Positions 1-12,839 are shown, numbered from the stretch's first letter. The stretch is 64,000 bases of DNA from Calcarisporiella thermophila CBS 279.70 (GCF_041956535.1 NW_027192197.1:445829-509828), one strand, 5' to 3'. Translations and numbers: made by a program. The notes: generated by a model from the sequence alone, not told the origin.

Positions 1-773
1 CCCCCCCCCCCCCCGGGAATAGGATAAGGATCATTATTTTGGCGCACAGACGCTTGCTGAGCAGCTGGCCGCCAGAAAAAAAGGAAAACAAAAAAGATCC
101 AGTCCAATATTTCGTTCCCACTTAGAGTTTGAAGGGGAGCTGCCCGAGAAGGTGGGCAACCGGAACCGTCGAGGTTCTTTGGGCAAACTCGTTAGCCCGT
201 GTGGTAGAGGCGAGTGGTGTGCCCCATGTCCGCCTGCCCCCATGCTTGGTAGCAGAGATACAAGGCATAAGCAATCCTTGTACTCCTCGACACCATTCAC
301 ATTGGTTGCGGCCAGAATCAATGGCGAAAGCAGACGGTGGTTCAAGGAGAAGAAGAGCGGCGGGAGGAAATCCAGACGCTGCCCTTACCCGGATTCCAAC
401 AATTTTCCCCCCTCAATCCGTGCGGAATCCACACTGCGCGATTGGTATCCCACGATTTTCGCAATTCTCTAATCCCCTAAATTTTTTTAGTCCCGGCGCA
501 AGCTCCTGAAGCCATTGCAATTTTGGAGAGTGGGTGACCCAACACCATTGGATCCCGTCTTCCTTTTATATATTTTTCAACCGTTTCTCGAAAATTATAT
601 CTTTCTCTTCCTTTCCTTTCCCCCCACCTCCCTTTCTTTTTCGTTTTTTCCCCCTTCTCTCTTTATATCTGAGTGGTGTGTAAGAGCCTTCGTCTTCACT
701 CACTTGTTTATCCCTTAATATTTACTCGTAATATCCAACATAGAGCTGGCTCTCTACTTTAAAAGAACACGCT

Positions 774-2280
774 ATGAAACGTCGATATAGCCAAGAGAAA
801 GAAGGTATAAGAGGCGAGGGTCAACTAAGGTAAGCCTCTTCCACTAGGCATCCAGCTATGATGGCGACCCACCTAAGCCTTGTATTTCCATGGCAGATAC
901 AAACTTATTGTGCGCCAGCAACCTGTACAGGCCCGACTTTGCAGCTATAAAGAAAAGGGTGAGTAGGGCATCGTGCTTGGCTTCTTACCGTACTTGAACT
1001 TAACCCCCTTACTGTTTCCCTCTTACCATCAAGTCGACCGAAGGCCGATCGACCCTCCTCCCATTGTTCAGCTCAAAGTGGAAGGCACCGAGAATGAGTA
1101 AGTCTCAGCCCATAGGCGCACCCCAGCGCCCCTTCTTCCACAGAAGCTCTAATAACGGCATTCAATTACTCAGAGATAGCGAACTCCAGAACCCTTTTCT
1201 GTTCCTGTATGTGAGTGTAGCTCGCGAGTCCTACGAGGAACTCAGCTTCATCAATGGAAATCGCACTACGGCTGGCACCGTGGTGCAGTCCCTGTACAAG
1301 CTGAAAGATCTCGACAATAACGGTGAGTTTCTTGGCTAGTGGGAGGGAAAGGCGTCGAGACTGATGATCTTGGCTATGTTAGATGGGGGGTTCTTTATCT
1401 TCCCCGACATCTCTGTCCGGGTGGAGGGGCGCTTTCGGCTAAAGTTCTCTCTGTATGAAATCACAGGGTAGGTATCGACTTATATCCCTCCTATGCTCAA
1501 ATCAAGTTGCTGACTCTTGGTTTGATGGGTTCGATGCTCCGTAGCCACGAGGTGGTTCATCGTGGAAACACTTTCTCGGATGTCTTCACCGTGTATTCGC
1601 CCAAACTCTTCCCTGGAATGGAGGAGTCCACTCGCTTGACAAGGTTGTTTTCGGATCAAGGTTTTCGTATGAGGATTCGAAAGGAAAACCGAACCCTTTC
1701 AAGGTGAGGATATCAGTTGGCCTCTCTCAACTCCGAATCTGCACTAGACCCATGAAACCCTTTTCGTTATAGAAGGAAGAAGGCTGAGGAGGAGTCGAGC
1801 GACCAAGGCAGCCCCATGATAAGACCTTTGTCTCCTCCCAGCTACTCGCGGAGCGAGTACTCACCCTCTCGCTTCTACACTCCCGAACAATCCCCGCAGC
1901 CTATGGCGACCCCCCACGCAAGCGTTAGGGCCCGTACCCGCAGCTGCAGCGATAGCGTGGTCACGTGTGTACAGCCGACTTCTTTCTATTCTTCCGGCAC
2001 GAAGCCAAGTCCATACCAAATGCCCTCGGCCCCTTATTGCCCTCTCCCCCCCATACGACAGCATCACCTACCCCACATCACCACCTCCTTGCACCAAATC
2101 CAACACCGCGGGGCACAGCTTGTTTCTCCCCCAGACCGCGAAGGTTGCGAGTTCTCGAAGCTTTTCACTGACTATGCAAGCCGGTTTGCAACCCACTTGA
2201 AGTATGCCTCTTCGACTCAAAACCTCTCGGCTTTCACCGCCCCGAAGCCCATGCCCTCTGTTATGTATCCCTCGGTGTAA
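774..2280 (+). CDS. Velvet-domain transcription factor (VosA/VelC-like), about 6 exons
   Basis: Spliced exons give [15 protein letters not shown]..., [54 protein letters not shown] and [37 protein letters not shown], which are hallmark velvet motifs. A Ser/Pro-rich tail follows. ATG at 774; first introns 830-896 and 959-1033. Confidence 0.95.
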
Positions 2281-2949
2281 AACCGGGGGAGAAGGCAGGT
2301 GCTCGTGCCAGGTTTCTTTTAGCATTTGAATCATATCTGTTATATTTTTCTGTATATAAGGCATTCTTATTGATTTTAGCATTGCATTTATCCCTCATTT
2401 CGCTTTGATGGTTGTAACAGAAGAACTCTTTGGTGGAACTGGTTTCCGCTTGCTCTTCGTGATCATACTATTTATTTTCCCATATCTTTTCATTCTCTAT
2501 GAACAGATGATAATGAGAAAACCCAATAAAGATAATAAAAAAAAGGTTTAACCAAACTACATCACCGTTCTTGGCACAAGTGGACTGAAGAAACACTGCT
2601 CTAGCTATACTCTGATACATGATGGGAATGATATTGCCCGGCGCAATAGGCCACATTAGCAGACCCCTTTGAGGGAGGTGTAGGCAATTTCAGGTTTGGC
2701 CATAAGCCATCCTCTTTCTGAAGTTTACGTAATCAACTCTATGGACGGTACAGGCATCGACGGGGAGCATGTCTGCATGGGGTTACGTCTCATGGGTGGG
2801 GGCGCTCTATCCTCTTTACCTAAGGGGAGGCCAACTTCCACGCAGCGTTACATTTTGCCAACATATCGAAGATCCCAGATCCCCTTAGCCCAAGCAGATT
2901 TGGAACAAGTGGCACAATTGCAAATCCCGCTAGTAAGGGGGGCACTTTT

Positions 2950-3115
2950 ACGCGTAAATTACGTGTTGCTTTTAAAACATTTGAAAAAAATGGTCAAGCC
3001 GTGTTTATTGGGTCGAACTTCAATTTTTGCAAGTGCTGTACGCCCTCCTTTGAACTCTCTCTCCGCTTCTTTTCTTTTTCTTTTTTAGTTCCTCATTACA
3101 AACGCGAAAACGCGT
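2950..3115 (+). promoter_or_regulatory. Cluster of MCB/SCB (E2F-like) G1/S elements upstream of the 3323 gene
   Basis: ACGCGT at 2950 (inside the palindrome TTTACGCGTAAA) and at 3110; ACGCGAAAA at 3102; another ACGCGT at 3420 in intron 1. Confidence 0.55.
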
Positions 3116-3322
3116 TATTTATCTATTTATTTAATCAAGTAGTAGTTCTCATTTCTTGCATTTTTTTTTTTCCTATTAGAACAGAGCCACTTTCATTGCA
3201 CTACTCTGTCCTAATATTCTTTTTCCCCACTTAAGTGCATCCTAAACCTTCGCCCGCCTTCCCCGTTCCTCTCTATTTCTCGATATTCTTCAAGCTTATA
3301 AGAGATAATAACTACCCAAGCA

Positions 3323-4111
3323 ATGGCGCTTCGCAATATGCTTACTAACAGTCCCGAGCAAATGCATGTATCTTTCTGGAATTCGTCAGAATATAAAGAG
3401 GATGGTAAGTGCATTTTCTACGCGTTAGTTGCATCTCGCGTAACTACCCACCTTATCGCAGCCTTCTCATTTTTGTTCCTCCTTTTTTTACTTGGTTAAC
3501 CTCCAAAGAATCAATGGAAATGGACTTTTCAGAAACACCCATAAGAAAACCACATACTCTCCAGCAGTTTCACATCCACCACCAACAACACGTCCCAAAA
3601 TCGGTGCGCACTCCGCCTACCTTCCGCCGTTCCCTGTCTCTAATGACCCCTGAGGAGATGTCGCCTGGGGGTGGGAACGATCTCATGGTAATGACACCCG
3701 ATCCCTCCCTACGCCGGAAGCGTCATAGTGTATGGACTCCAGCCGACAAGATTGCAGAGGAGAGAGAAAATAATAGTAGCATCAGTGGGGTGATAGGGGC
3801 TACTCCCTTCTCGCTGCACACGCTAGCTCCCGAAGCAACCCCCCCGTGTCGCACGGAATATCATGCACCTCCCCTAAGAGGAGGGGCTACCGCTGCGAAA
3901 TTTGTCACGACTCAGGACGAGAACATCAGCCCCGCAAGCATGCGAATTTTGGAGGCCATGTCACTCAAATGCGGGGGCATTGGTGCAGGCGAGTGGGCGT
4001 TGATGAGGGAGCGGGGAAAGCTGGATAATGTAAGTATATCTGATTAGATTAAACCGTATTTTGCCTCCAATCGCTGACACGTGTCCAATATAACAATAGC
4101 CCTTTCTCTAG
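3323..4111 (+). CDS. Hypothetical 204-aa disordered protein with ten S/T-P sites, D-box/KEN-like motifs and C-terminal NPFL
   Basis: Exons 3323-3404, 3509-4029 and 4100-4111 join in frame through GTAAGT donors and AG acceptors (branch GCTGAC in intron 2). A U-rich 3' UTR follows. Confidence 0.75.
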
Positions 4112-4472
4112 AGTTCAATAGGGGAGGGGACCATAGAATATACCCCTTTTCATTCTTAATATGTACTATCGCCCTACCTTGCCGATATTTCACCTTTTCC
4201 TTTTATTTTTATTGCTGCGTTTTCTTTTGCCTATTTTTTTTTTTGCGTTTGGACCCTTTTCTTTTCTGTGCTCTTGATATTTCTACCATTTTTGTTTTCT
4301 GAAAATCATTTTTATTGCAAGAGGAGAGATTATTATTATTATTACAAACGAACTGAGCAAGATGAAAGAAATAGATATCCAGAAAATAACAATAGGGAGG
4401 GAACAGAAGGAGACACAAGAGTCCATTGCACAATGACCGATCAACGCCCATTGCGGCTATAGGCATTGCGCT

Positions 4473-4574
4473 TCACGGTAGTCGTAGAACATCGCGATGG
4501 GAACTAAATATGTGGTGACGAAGTGCTGTGCCATTCTGGTAATGGGAGTGGCAGTAAGGACAAAGTGGTGTCAT
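4473..4574 (-). CDS. 33-aa single C2H2 zinc-finger microprotein
   Basis: Manual translation gives MTPLCPYCHSHYQNGTALRHHIFSSHRDVLRLP*, matching C-x2-C-x3-Y-x5-L-x2-H-x4-H. There is an upstream in-frame stop, a TATA-like tract about 110 nt upstream, a pyrimidine-rich leader and a T-rich trailer. Confidence 0.75.
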   Translation of the reverse strand: MTPLCPYCHSHYQNGTALRHHIFSSHRDVLRLP

Positions 4575-4684
4575 GCTGATGGGTTTTTTGGAAGGTGATA
4601 AATCCGATGGATTTGAGAATTAGGGGATGGAAAGTGATGAAAGGCAGGGGTGTGGAGGGGCAGGTCGATGAATAGACATAGTCC

Positions 4685-4694
4685 TAATATATAT
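4685..4694 (-). promoter_or_regulatory. TATA-like element for the zinc-finger microprotein gene
   Basis: ATATATATTA on the minus strand, followed by a C/T-rich leader running to the ATG at 4574. Confidence 0.45.
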
Positions 4695-6654
4695 CCCACG
4701 GCCTCTCTCTACTTGTCGAACCTGTTCTACAGCTTTAACCGCTCTGATGAGCATCGATTGGCATCGTAATTAACACTTTTTCCTTAATTAAAGCCCTCGG
4801 GCCAGTCGTTTCCTGTTTGACATCTGGTTGTATTAAATCGTGCAGAGCCCCCACGTGAGGTCTGCCAGCTGTCCATATGCCCAGGATATGTTTCTTATAA
4901 GACTATACGGTACCACTGTGCATTAAACTATCGACCAAATGAAAGAGAATTATTGGATTTGGGTCGTATATCTCGACTAGTTCGCAAAGGCTTCCCCTCA
5001 ACTTTCAGGGAGTATTGAGTGGTGAGACTTAAAGTACTTCCATCGACAATATTAAATAACCAACCATGTTAAATAATATATTAAATTAAATGATTTAATA
5101 ATTGAAGCTTCCGGTTGTTCGGAGGGGGAGGGGGGGAGAGGAGGAGTCTCAAAAAAAAATTATTCAACCGCTGCTTCATAGAATTCGCCCCTCCATGTTC
5201 GCCCTCATATAATTAGCAAATCATCCTCGATAGTTGCAATAGATTGGATACTTGTGTTAAAATTATATAGGGCAGAGGTGTTGTGTAGATGGTGCTCAAG
5301 GATTAGATCCATTAGCCCATCGTCAGGGATTAGAATGGACTTATCAAGCTTCAAATGTATTTTGCGGTCTGGCTATTTCGAACTAGTGATGGGTTTGCTT
5401 TTTTCTTGCGGAAGGGATATGAGATATCGAGATTAGCGACTGTGGCTTCTAAAACATACATATGCATTTTCGTAATAAAGCTTTTAGATCTTTGGGGATA
5501 GTTCCCCCCCCAATTGCATTCAACCTCCTAAATTAGGGAGGATACAAAATGAGGATTTGACGAGGATGCAGTAGGATATTGTGCAATTGTAAAAGGGTTG
5601 GCGGGAGCCTCAGCGATGACTCAAACTCCACGTGGAAAGTGTTCAAGTATATTAAAGCAGTAGTACCCTGCCCGCCCGTCGCTAAGCGCGTAACTACTCA
5701 ATGTAAGCTTTCCTCCGCGTGTTACTAGAGTTGTTTATTTAGCTCACTCCTAATAAAGATATATGCGGGTCCAGGTCGCAATGCTCCCGTAAAAAGTTCC
5801 ATGAGGTTCCTTTTGACCAGTAAGGTTTCCCTTGGGCCGGATGACAGGGGCATTTCCTGAAGGGCAAATTCCCAGCGCGCTTTCCTTTTTATTCCGGAAA
5901 TCTGTAGTTTACTCTGGCAAAGGTCAGCCTATTGGTTCTCTATGGCTTGCCTGTAACAAGTACTTATATTAAAACTATCTCATACACTTAGCCCTCATTT
6001 GCCTCTACGCGTGTTGTGTGGTACAGCCTAGCGTGGACCATGCAGACCGTCGCAAGTGTTGAGAGAGAAGTGGTAGATGACGCGAGACAGATGGCTCAAA
6101 GTGCAAACCGTGATAAAGACATGGACTCCCGGCTGTGTTGACATCTTTCTTCGAGCAGTGTTGCGCTGTTATCTAATCTACTTGGGTGATCGGCGCTTCC
6201 CTCTCTCTTCTCTGAAAAGCCAAATTGGCGCGGCGGCTAAATGGCCGATGACACCAAAACAGAAATAAAACAGAGGCTTGAATTGCGAAAGGAGACCAAA
6301 ACTTTACCAGGAACACCTAAGCCGGGAAACCGGAAGCCCCTTTGTCGGCGAAATTATAAATTTGCCAAAAGGAGCCTTGCCACTCCATGAAGATTTATTC
6401 ATACAATATAGAGTCCCAGCTTATCTTGGACAGTCCAAGGGCCTGAACACCTTGTTCGTTAACAAAGTACCGACTCATCCTTCGACTCCAATACTCATCC
6501 GTGGCTCTCTTCCTCTCTGCCCGTGCTACTTTGCGTATTTCCAAAACAGGCAATCTGTTACTTTTCATATTCGGCCTTCAGAAACTTTTTCCCGCCCTTT
6601 CAAACCTCTCTCAGGTGTCAGCCAGATAGTGAAGAGCCCATCGTCCCATTCTTA

Positions 6655-9069
6655 ATGGCAATTACTGAATTTGCTGTCACCTCTGCCCTTGTTGGAGGAT
6701 TCATTATTATTTTTGGTTATGTTTCGCTATTTATCAAAGAGAAACTCTATCTCTCGGAAGCATGTAAGTCTCGATCGAGCCCTCATTCCATCCTCTTCCC
6801 ATACTGATTCGGTGCGTTTGCTAGTTGTGGCCTCCTTGGTTGGACTCGTCTTCGGACCTGCAATAGCTGGGCTGATTCTGCCTAACAGCTGGGGGAATGT
6901 CGATGTCATTACATTGAATTTCACTCGTGTGGTTATTGCTGTGCAAGTCATGGCAGCCGGGGTTGCTTTGCCAAAGTATTGTATAATATAGTGAAGCTGC
7001 CAGGCATGAGCCATATTTATTAACGACGGCGTTTTCATATTCGTTGTATAAAAGGGCTTATTTGTGGAAAGAGATCCGGTCTTTGCTTGTTCTTTTGGTG
7101 CCAGTAATGACTTGGATGTGGTTAATAAGCGGGCTTGCTATCTGGTTGCTGATTCCTGGAATCAATTTAGTGAGCATCGACTATTTTATAATCGACTCGC
7201 AAGACTTATTTATCTGCTTCGGCTCACCTTTTCTAGCTGGAAGCACTTGTCATCGCAGCTTGCGTTGCTCCCACGGATCCTGTGCTCGCAAACTCGTCAG
7301 TATTCAAATTGGTTACACATCTGTCTGTCCCTTATTCAAACTTGTTTTTTCGATTGGATGTCTTCAGAATAGTGAAAGGTCGTTTTGCGGAAAAGCATGT
7401 TCCACCTCATGTACGCAATATACTTAGTGCTGAAAGGTAATTCAAAATCGATACGGATTTTAGTGGCCTTAATTTCTCATTCTACTTCTACTATCATATT
7501 GTAAAATCATGTCTAGTGGTGCTAATGATGGTAAGCGAACGCTGTCCCTCAGCGAGGTGTTCAAGTGTCTAATATATCTATTTTTAATATCAGGTTTGGG
7601 ATTTCCATTTCTACTGCTTGCTGTTTATCTCTTGAAATACCAATCCGTCGGCGAAGCAATTGGCAGATGGATGTATATGGTGCTTCTCTACCAGATTGCA
7701 TTATCCATCGTGATTGGATTTGTGGTTGGGTATGTTGCGCGGAAGCTACTCTATTACGCAAAGCAGAGGTAGAAAGAACTGGAGCCTGGAAGCAAGAAGA
7801 ATTTATTAAAAGCTCTGCATGCTAATCTATCAATATATAGAGACTACATTGATAAGGAGTCGCTTCTCTCATTCGCCGTTGCTCTCGCCTTCTTTTTACT
7901 GGGGACCGTGTCCATCATTGGGAGCGACGATTTATTGGTAGGGAAGACCCGACATTTTGTGTCTTTTTGTTGGCATTAGAATAACCTTTACCATGCCCTA
8001 GTCGTGTTTTATCGCCGGGAATAGTTTTACTTGGGATGATTGGTTTCGAAAAGAGACCGAAGATGCGCATTTACAGGAAGTCATCGACATGCTGTTGAAT
8101 TTGTCTGTGTTCGTGTATATCGGCGCAGTGATGGTAAACCACCGAGTGCTTGCATTTCTATACTTAACTCGCTAACACGTGCCACTCGCACTCTCTCTTT
8201 TATCTTATCAGCCCTGGTCCTCTTTTGTAGATGCATCTCTAGGCCTCGACCTTTGGCGATTAATTGTGATAGCCGTTGTAATACTCTTGTTCCGTCGCCT
8301 TCCGATTATTCTTATCCTCTACAAGACCATCCCCGCAATCGTCACTTTCAGAGAGGCAGTTTTTAGTGGGTATTTTGGGCCGATCGGGGTCGGCGCCGTC
8401 TTTTACGCGATGGTAGCCAAGGAAGAGCTGGGTTCTCACGGATCTAGTGGCACACACGCCCAAGCTTCCTCTATAGTCTCGCCCGTCGTGTTCTTTCTTG
8501 TACTGAGCTCTATCATTTTGCACGGTATCACCATCCCTCTCGTCCACTTGGGCACTCGAATTGCTACGCGAACACTCACTCGAAATAGTAACCTCCATCA
8601 GGAAAACCAAGTTTTACGCCTCCCTATCATCAAACTTGGGCAAACCTTTACGCCACGAGCGAACTCGAGCACCGTTGATACTGGGAATATAGCAAGCAAA
8701 ACTTCAATGGCTGACTCCCGTTCAGCCTCTCCTGTGGAGTCGCAGGCCTCTTCGGATAAGCAGGCTGATGAAGCGCAGACTTCGACCATCATAGATTCCA
8801 ATAATAATTCTTGTTCTTTCACTGATAATACCTCAAGAGGACCAACTGACGTGGAAGATTCTTCCTCAGTGCAGGTCATCGTGTTCGACGAAAAGAATTA
8901 TAGAATGGACGAAGACCGAGAGGGTCACGTCATTAAAGTGACGTCTGAGGGATCCACAGACGCGGAGCCATCCAGAGCGACGCTAGAGTCCGATTCGAAC
9001 TCGGTTGAGAATACAAGTGAGAATAAACTGCCGGGGAAGATCAGGTTTGCTGTTGACAAGAGCAAGTGA
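6655..9069 (+). CDS. NHA1: Plasma-membrane Na+(K+)/H+ antiporter, CPA1 Nha1/Sod2 family, multi-exon
   Basis: SLFIKEKLYLSEA, FTRVVIAVQVMAAGVALPK, APTDPVLANS, SAESGANDG, GSDDLL, FTWDDWF and GYFGPIGVGAVFY, then a hydrophilic C-terminal tail. Confidence 0.95.
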
Positions 9070-9507
9070 GTTCACTTTTATACCAACATTTATTTCACTC
9101 TCACTCTATGTATTATATTTTATTATCAATAATTAATGTATAAGCTACTTTTACCATGTTACCAGGATTTTTTTTGTGTCAATTCCCATTGAACAATTCA
9201 ATTTATCATGTCATTCCAGAGTTTGCTTTACAAACCAAACCGTCAGCCAAACCACAAAGTTTAACAAGGAACAAGCGGAAAAATTGGATGCGAAATTCAT
9301 TTTCGCAATTATTCAATAAATGGAAATCCTCAAATGAAGAGAGCTAAGCCGCCAAAGGCTATATTTTTTACGCGACGTGTCAGTTATAATCAATCTCGAT
9401 TTTCATTTGGAGCGAGAAGATCGAAAAAGTAGGGACAAAATTACTCGTCCCCTCATTTCGATTACTTTGGTTCCAATTTTTACTCTTTTCAATTTGCACG
9501 CATTGTC

Positions 9508-12445
9508 ATGGCCAGCAAGAAAGCAACTCTTTTCATACTTGACGTTGGTCCCTCAATGAGTTACCAGCGTGAAGATGGAAGCAGCGGTCTACAAGAGGGT
9601 ATAAGAATTATTACCCAGATTACAGCAGAGAAAGTAGGTGCACTCCAAAATTTCTCGCGAGTTTTATTTCTGATTACCATTGGCTCTCCAATCAGATAAG
9701 CGCCGGAAGGAAAACAGATAATGTAGCTTGTATTGCATATGGAACTGACGGTAACTTTCCCTTCCCCGCTCCTCCTACAAAGGAAGCTATTATTTACTAA
9801 GACGTGGTTCAATAGGAACACGAAACAATCTCGCCACTGAGCCAGGTCAATATGAGCATGTTACCGTGCTGCAGGATTTCGCTATGGGTAGTCTTCAGTT
9901 TTTAAAACATTTGCAATATTTTGACGGAGGGAGCGAGCCAGGAGATTGTAATTTTCAAGTGCTACTGATTCGTGGTCCATCAGTCTCTCTATAACGACTT
10001 TTGCGAAAAAAAATAGGCCTTGATGCGCTGATTGTGGGATTGGAAGCCATGTCATCGCACTGCAAGCACTACAAATACGAGAAAAAAATTTATCTGATAA
10101 CCGACGGAAAATCTCCCATTAATTTCGAGGATCTAGACGTGGTTGAGGAGCAGATAAAGAGCCAAAACATTCAGTTTTTTTTAATGTAAGGGTTTTGCAT
10201 ATTCTTCATTCTAAACACATGAAGTAAAGTCAGGGGCTAACTGGGTCTATTTGAATGCTAGTGGTGTGGATTTCGCCCACCCAGAAGTTAAGCAAGAGGA
10301 TGAAGATGGGATAGGGGAAGCTGACGAAATTTACCACAAAGTAAGTGTGAGTCTGTTGCTATAATGAGTTGAAGCAAAATTCTTAGGGTAAGCATCTATA
10401 GAGAAAGAACGAGAAAGCCTTGTTTGGCTTGGTGAATAAAGTAGACGGTGCATTTTTTACTATGCAAGATGCGCTAGAAGAGATTGTAAAGTACCGCCCA
10501 AAGACGGTGCATCCAGTTCCTGTATACAGGGGTGAGCTTACTCTAGGAGATTCCGATCTTCATTTCGATACCACCCTCTCCATCCCAGTTCAAGTTTACA
10601 ATCGTACCGCCGAAGTGAAGTTGCCAACGGCGAAGAAGTGGTCCTGTGTGGCAGCAACCAGCGGAGGTGAATACCGGACCCACGAGGTTAGCATGCAACG
10701 GACTTACAAGATCAAGCCAACAGGTAAAGAGGGAGAAGGTGCTGAAAAGGAGGAAAAGGAAGATGATGATGAAGAAGAAGAGGAAGAAAAAGAGGAGGAG
10801 GAACAGGAGGTAGATGAAGCAAGTTTGACCAAAGGATACATATATGGGAAGGATTTGATACCAATCTATTCATACGACGAAGACGCATTGAAATTGCGGA
10901 CAATCAAGAGCTTCTGTATACTGGGATTTATCAATGCTCGCGAGGTGGGTGACTCCTCTCTTTATTTCTATCATTGTGAAATGGATAAACTTTAGCGTTT
11001 CTCCTATCTTCGAACAGTTTCCGCGAGAGTATTCCATGTCGAACATCACTGTTGTCCTTCCCCAAGCAGGTGATACTGGGGCATCCCTGCTGCTTTCTGC
11101 TCTTGCACGGGCATTGGATGAAAAGGAGATGCTCGCGGTGGCCCGCTACGTGCGTATTGCAGATGCACCTCCTAAAGTCGGTGTTCTTTACCCTGAGGTT
11201 AGAGGTACAGCACACTGCCTTTTCTTCGCGCAAACGCCGTTTGCAGAGGATGTTCGTCGGTACAATTTTGCGCCTCTTGATCGGGTCATCACAAGGTCCG
11301 GCAAAATTCTTAAGGAGCATGAGCGACTTCCCACAGAAGAGATGTTGGAAAAGGCAGAGGCGTTTGTGAAGGCCTGGGACTTGACTGAGCTCAACGCCGA
11401 TGAGCAGGGGTAGGCCGGAGACTTGTTTCCCTTCCTTCATGGGAATTCATTCTTTTTTATACTTAGGAATCCAACCGAGTATCTTGCGCCTGAGCATGTA
11501 GTGAATCCGACGTATCACTATCTCAGCCAGTGCATTCAGCTCCGCGCTTTGAACAAAGAAATCCCGCTGCCGCCTATGGATGAGCGCCTTAGAGAGCCAC
11601 TTCAACCATTGCCGAGCTTGCTCGAGAAGAGCTCGGGGCTTTTACAAGAGATGCAACAGTTGTTTGGCATCAGTAAAGGTACGAAGAGGCGGTATAAATT
11701 CAGCGAGTCTGTTTTATTGCTTAACACGAGTTCTTACAATTACAGTAGATAAAGAGGAGAGAGGCAAAAAGCGTGGCCGGACTAGCGAAACTACTGCTAA
11801 TGAGAAACAGACTCAGGCTAGTGAAGCGAGCCTAGCATCTATTGAAGCTGCTCTCTCACAGCCTCGCACCACCCGAGATGTGCCACCGAGTAAAACTGCT
11901 CGGAAAGCCCTTGATCAAGTGCGCTTGATAAGAATCACTGATCCTATAAGGGATTTCCAGGCGATGATCGCGAATAAAGAGGAGGACTTGGTCGAAACGG
12001 GTAATATTTCTGCATTCCCTCTCCCTTTTTTTCCTTCACGGGGCGATTTATATAATCATTTATATCGGACGATTAGCTGTACACCAAATGTTCAAAATCG
12101 TTGAGAAATTAGTGTTAGCCTCTTCCGACAACCAAGATTACGCTCTGGCTCTCGAATGCTTAAAGTCAGTCAGAGAAGTGTGTGGTCAAGTATGGCATAT
12201 AATTTGGGGATGCATTTCATCATTATACTTAACCAATATTCTAGGAAAATGAATCGGATGCCTTCAATGCATTTCTCCGAGATTTTTGTTCCCTTTGCCG
12301 AGACTCCAATAGCTCCCCATTTTTGCGAAATGCGGCGGCAGCAGGAATCACGCTTATTCACCGGGGGGAGCCAGGGGTATACGATACGACGTGCACCGCA
12401 GGGGAGGCAGAAAAATTCTTGCGAAAGGAGATGGGATATCCATAG
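9508..12445 (+). CDS. KU80: Ku80 NHEJ DNA-end-binding subunit, multi-exon
   Basis: vWA start KKATLFILDVGPSM, KIYLITDG, KGYIYGKDLIP, AVARYV...PKVGVLYP, PFAEDVRRYNF, VNPTYH and the C-terminal helical domain DPIRDF...ALECLK. The last exon, 12245-12445, was read manually. Confidence 0.93.
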
Positions 12446-12839
12446 GGTGCTAATGGTGAATAGGATGAAAAAAGAGAGAGGGGCCATCAGTTTCTGACTG
12501 AGTAGATCAGTGAACCCCTATGCTAAGAGCAATAATGGTGGGCATATCTAAGCATTAAAATACAGGCTTGGGTTATAAAGTTCAATGAGGCCCCCTAATT
12601 ACCATTCTGTAATTCATTTCATTTTCAAATTGAGCCTGAAGTGGTGGTTTTCTTTCTAAAGACAGTTTTACTCTTAAGGGCTCGAATGAATAAATTTTAG
12701 ATATCGTTACGGGTTCTATCTATTATCAAACTCTGATAGATTCAGCTTGGATGGTATTTCTTTCAACTTAAAGCTGGACGTGATTGCAGAAAATACAGTT
12801 ATTGAATGATAAATGCTCTATCTATTATTGAGTCAGCAC

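Noticed and set aside
34-718. Overlapping ORFs upstream of the velvet gene
   Set aside because: No recognisable motifs; consistent with promoter and pyrimidine-rich 5' UTR sequence.
4209-4466. 85-aa minus-strand ORF starting just after the zinc-finger microprotein
   Set aside because: Translation of simple-sequence convergent 3' UTRs (poly-N, poly-K) with no protein-like features.
6040-6141. 33-aa + strand ORF MQTVASVEREVVDDARQ...
   Set aside because: No motif or other support, and the length is expected by chance.
10341-10401. Internal TTAG-G-GTAAGC in a KU80 intron as a nested intron or 1-nt exon
   Set aside because: The remaining segment is only about 14 nt, too short to splice, and the simple 61-nt intron keeps the frame.
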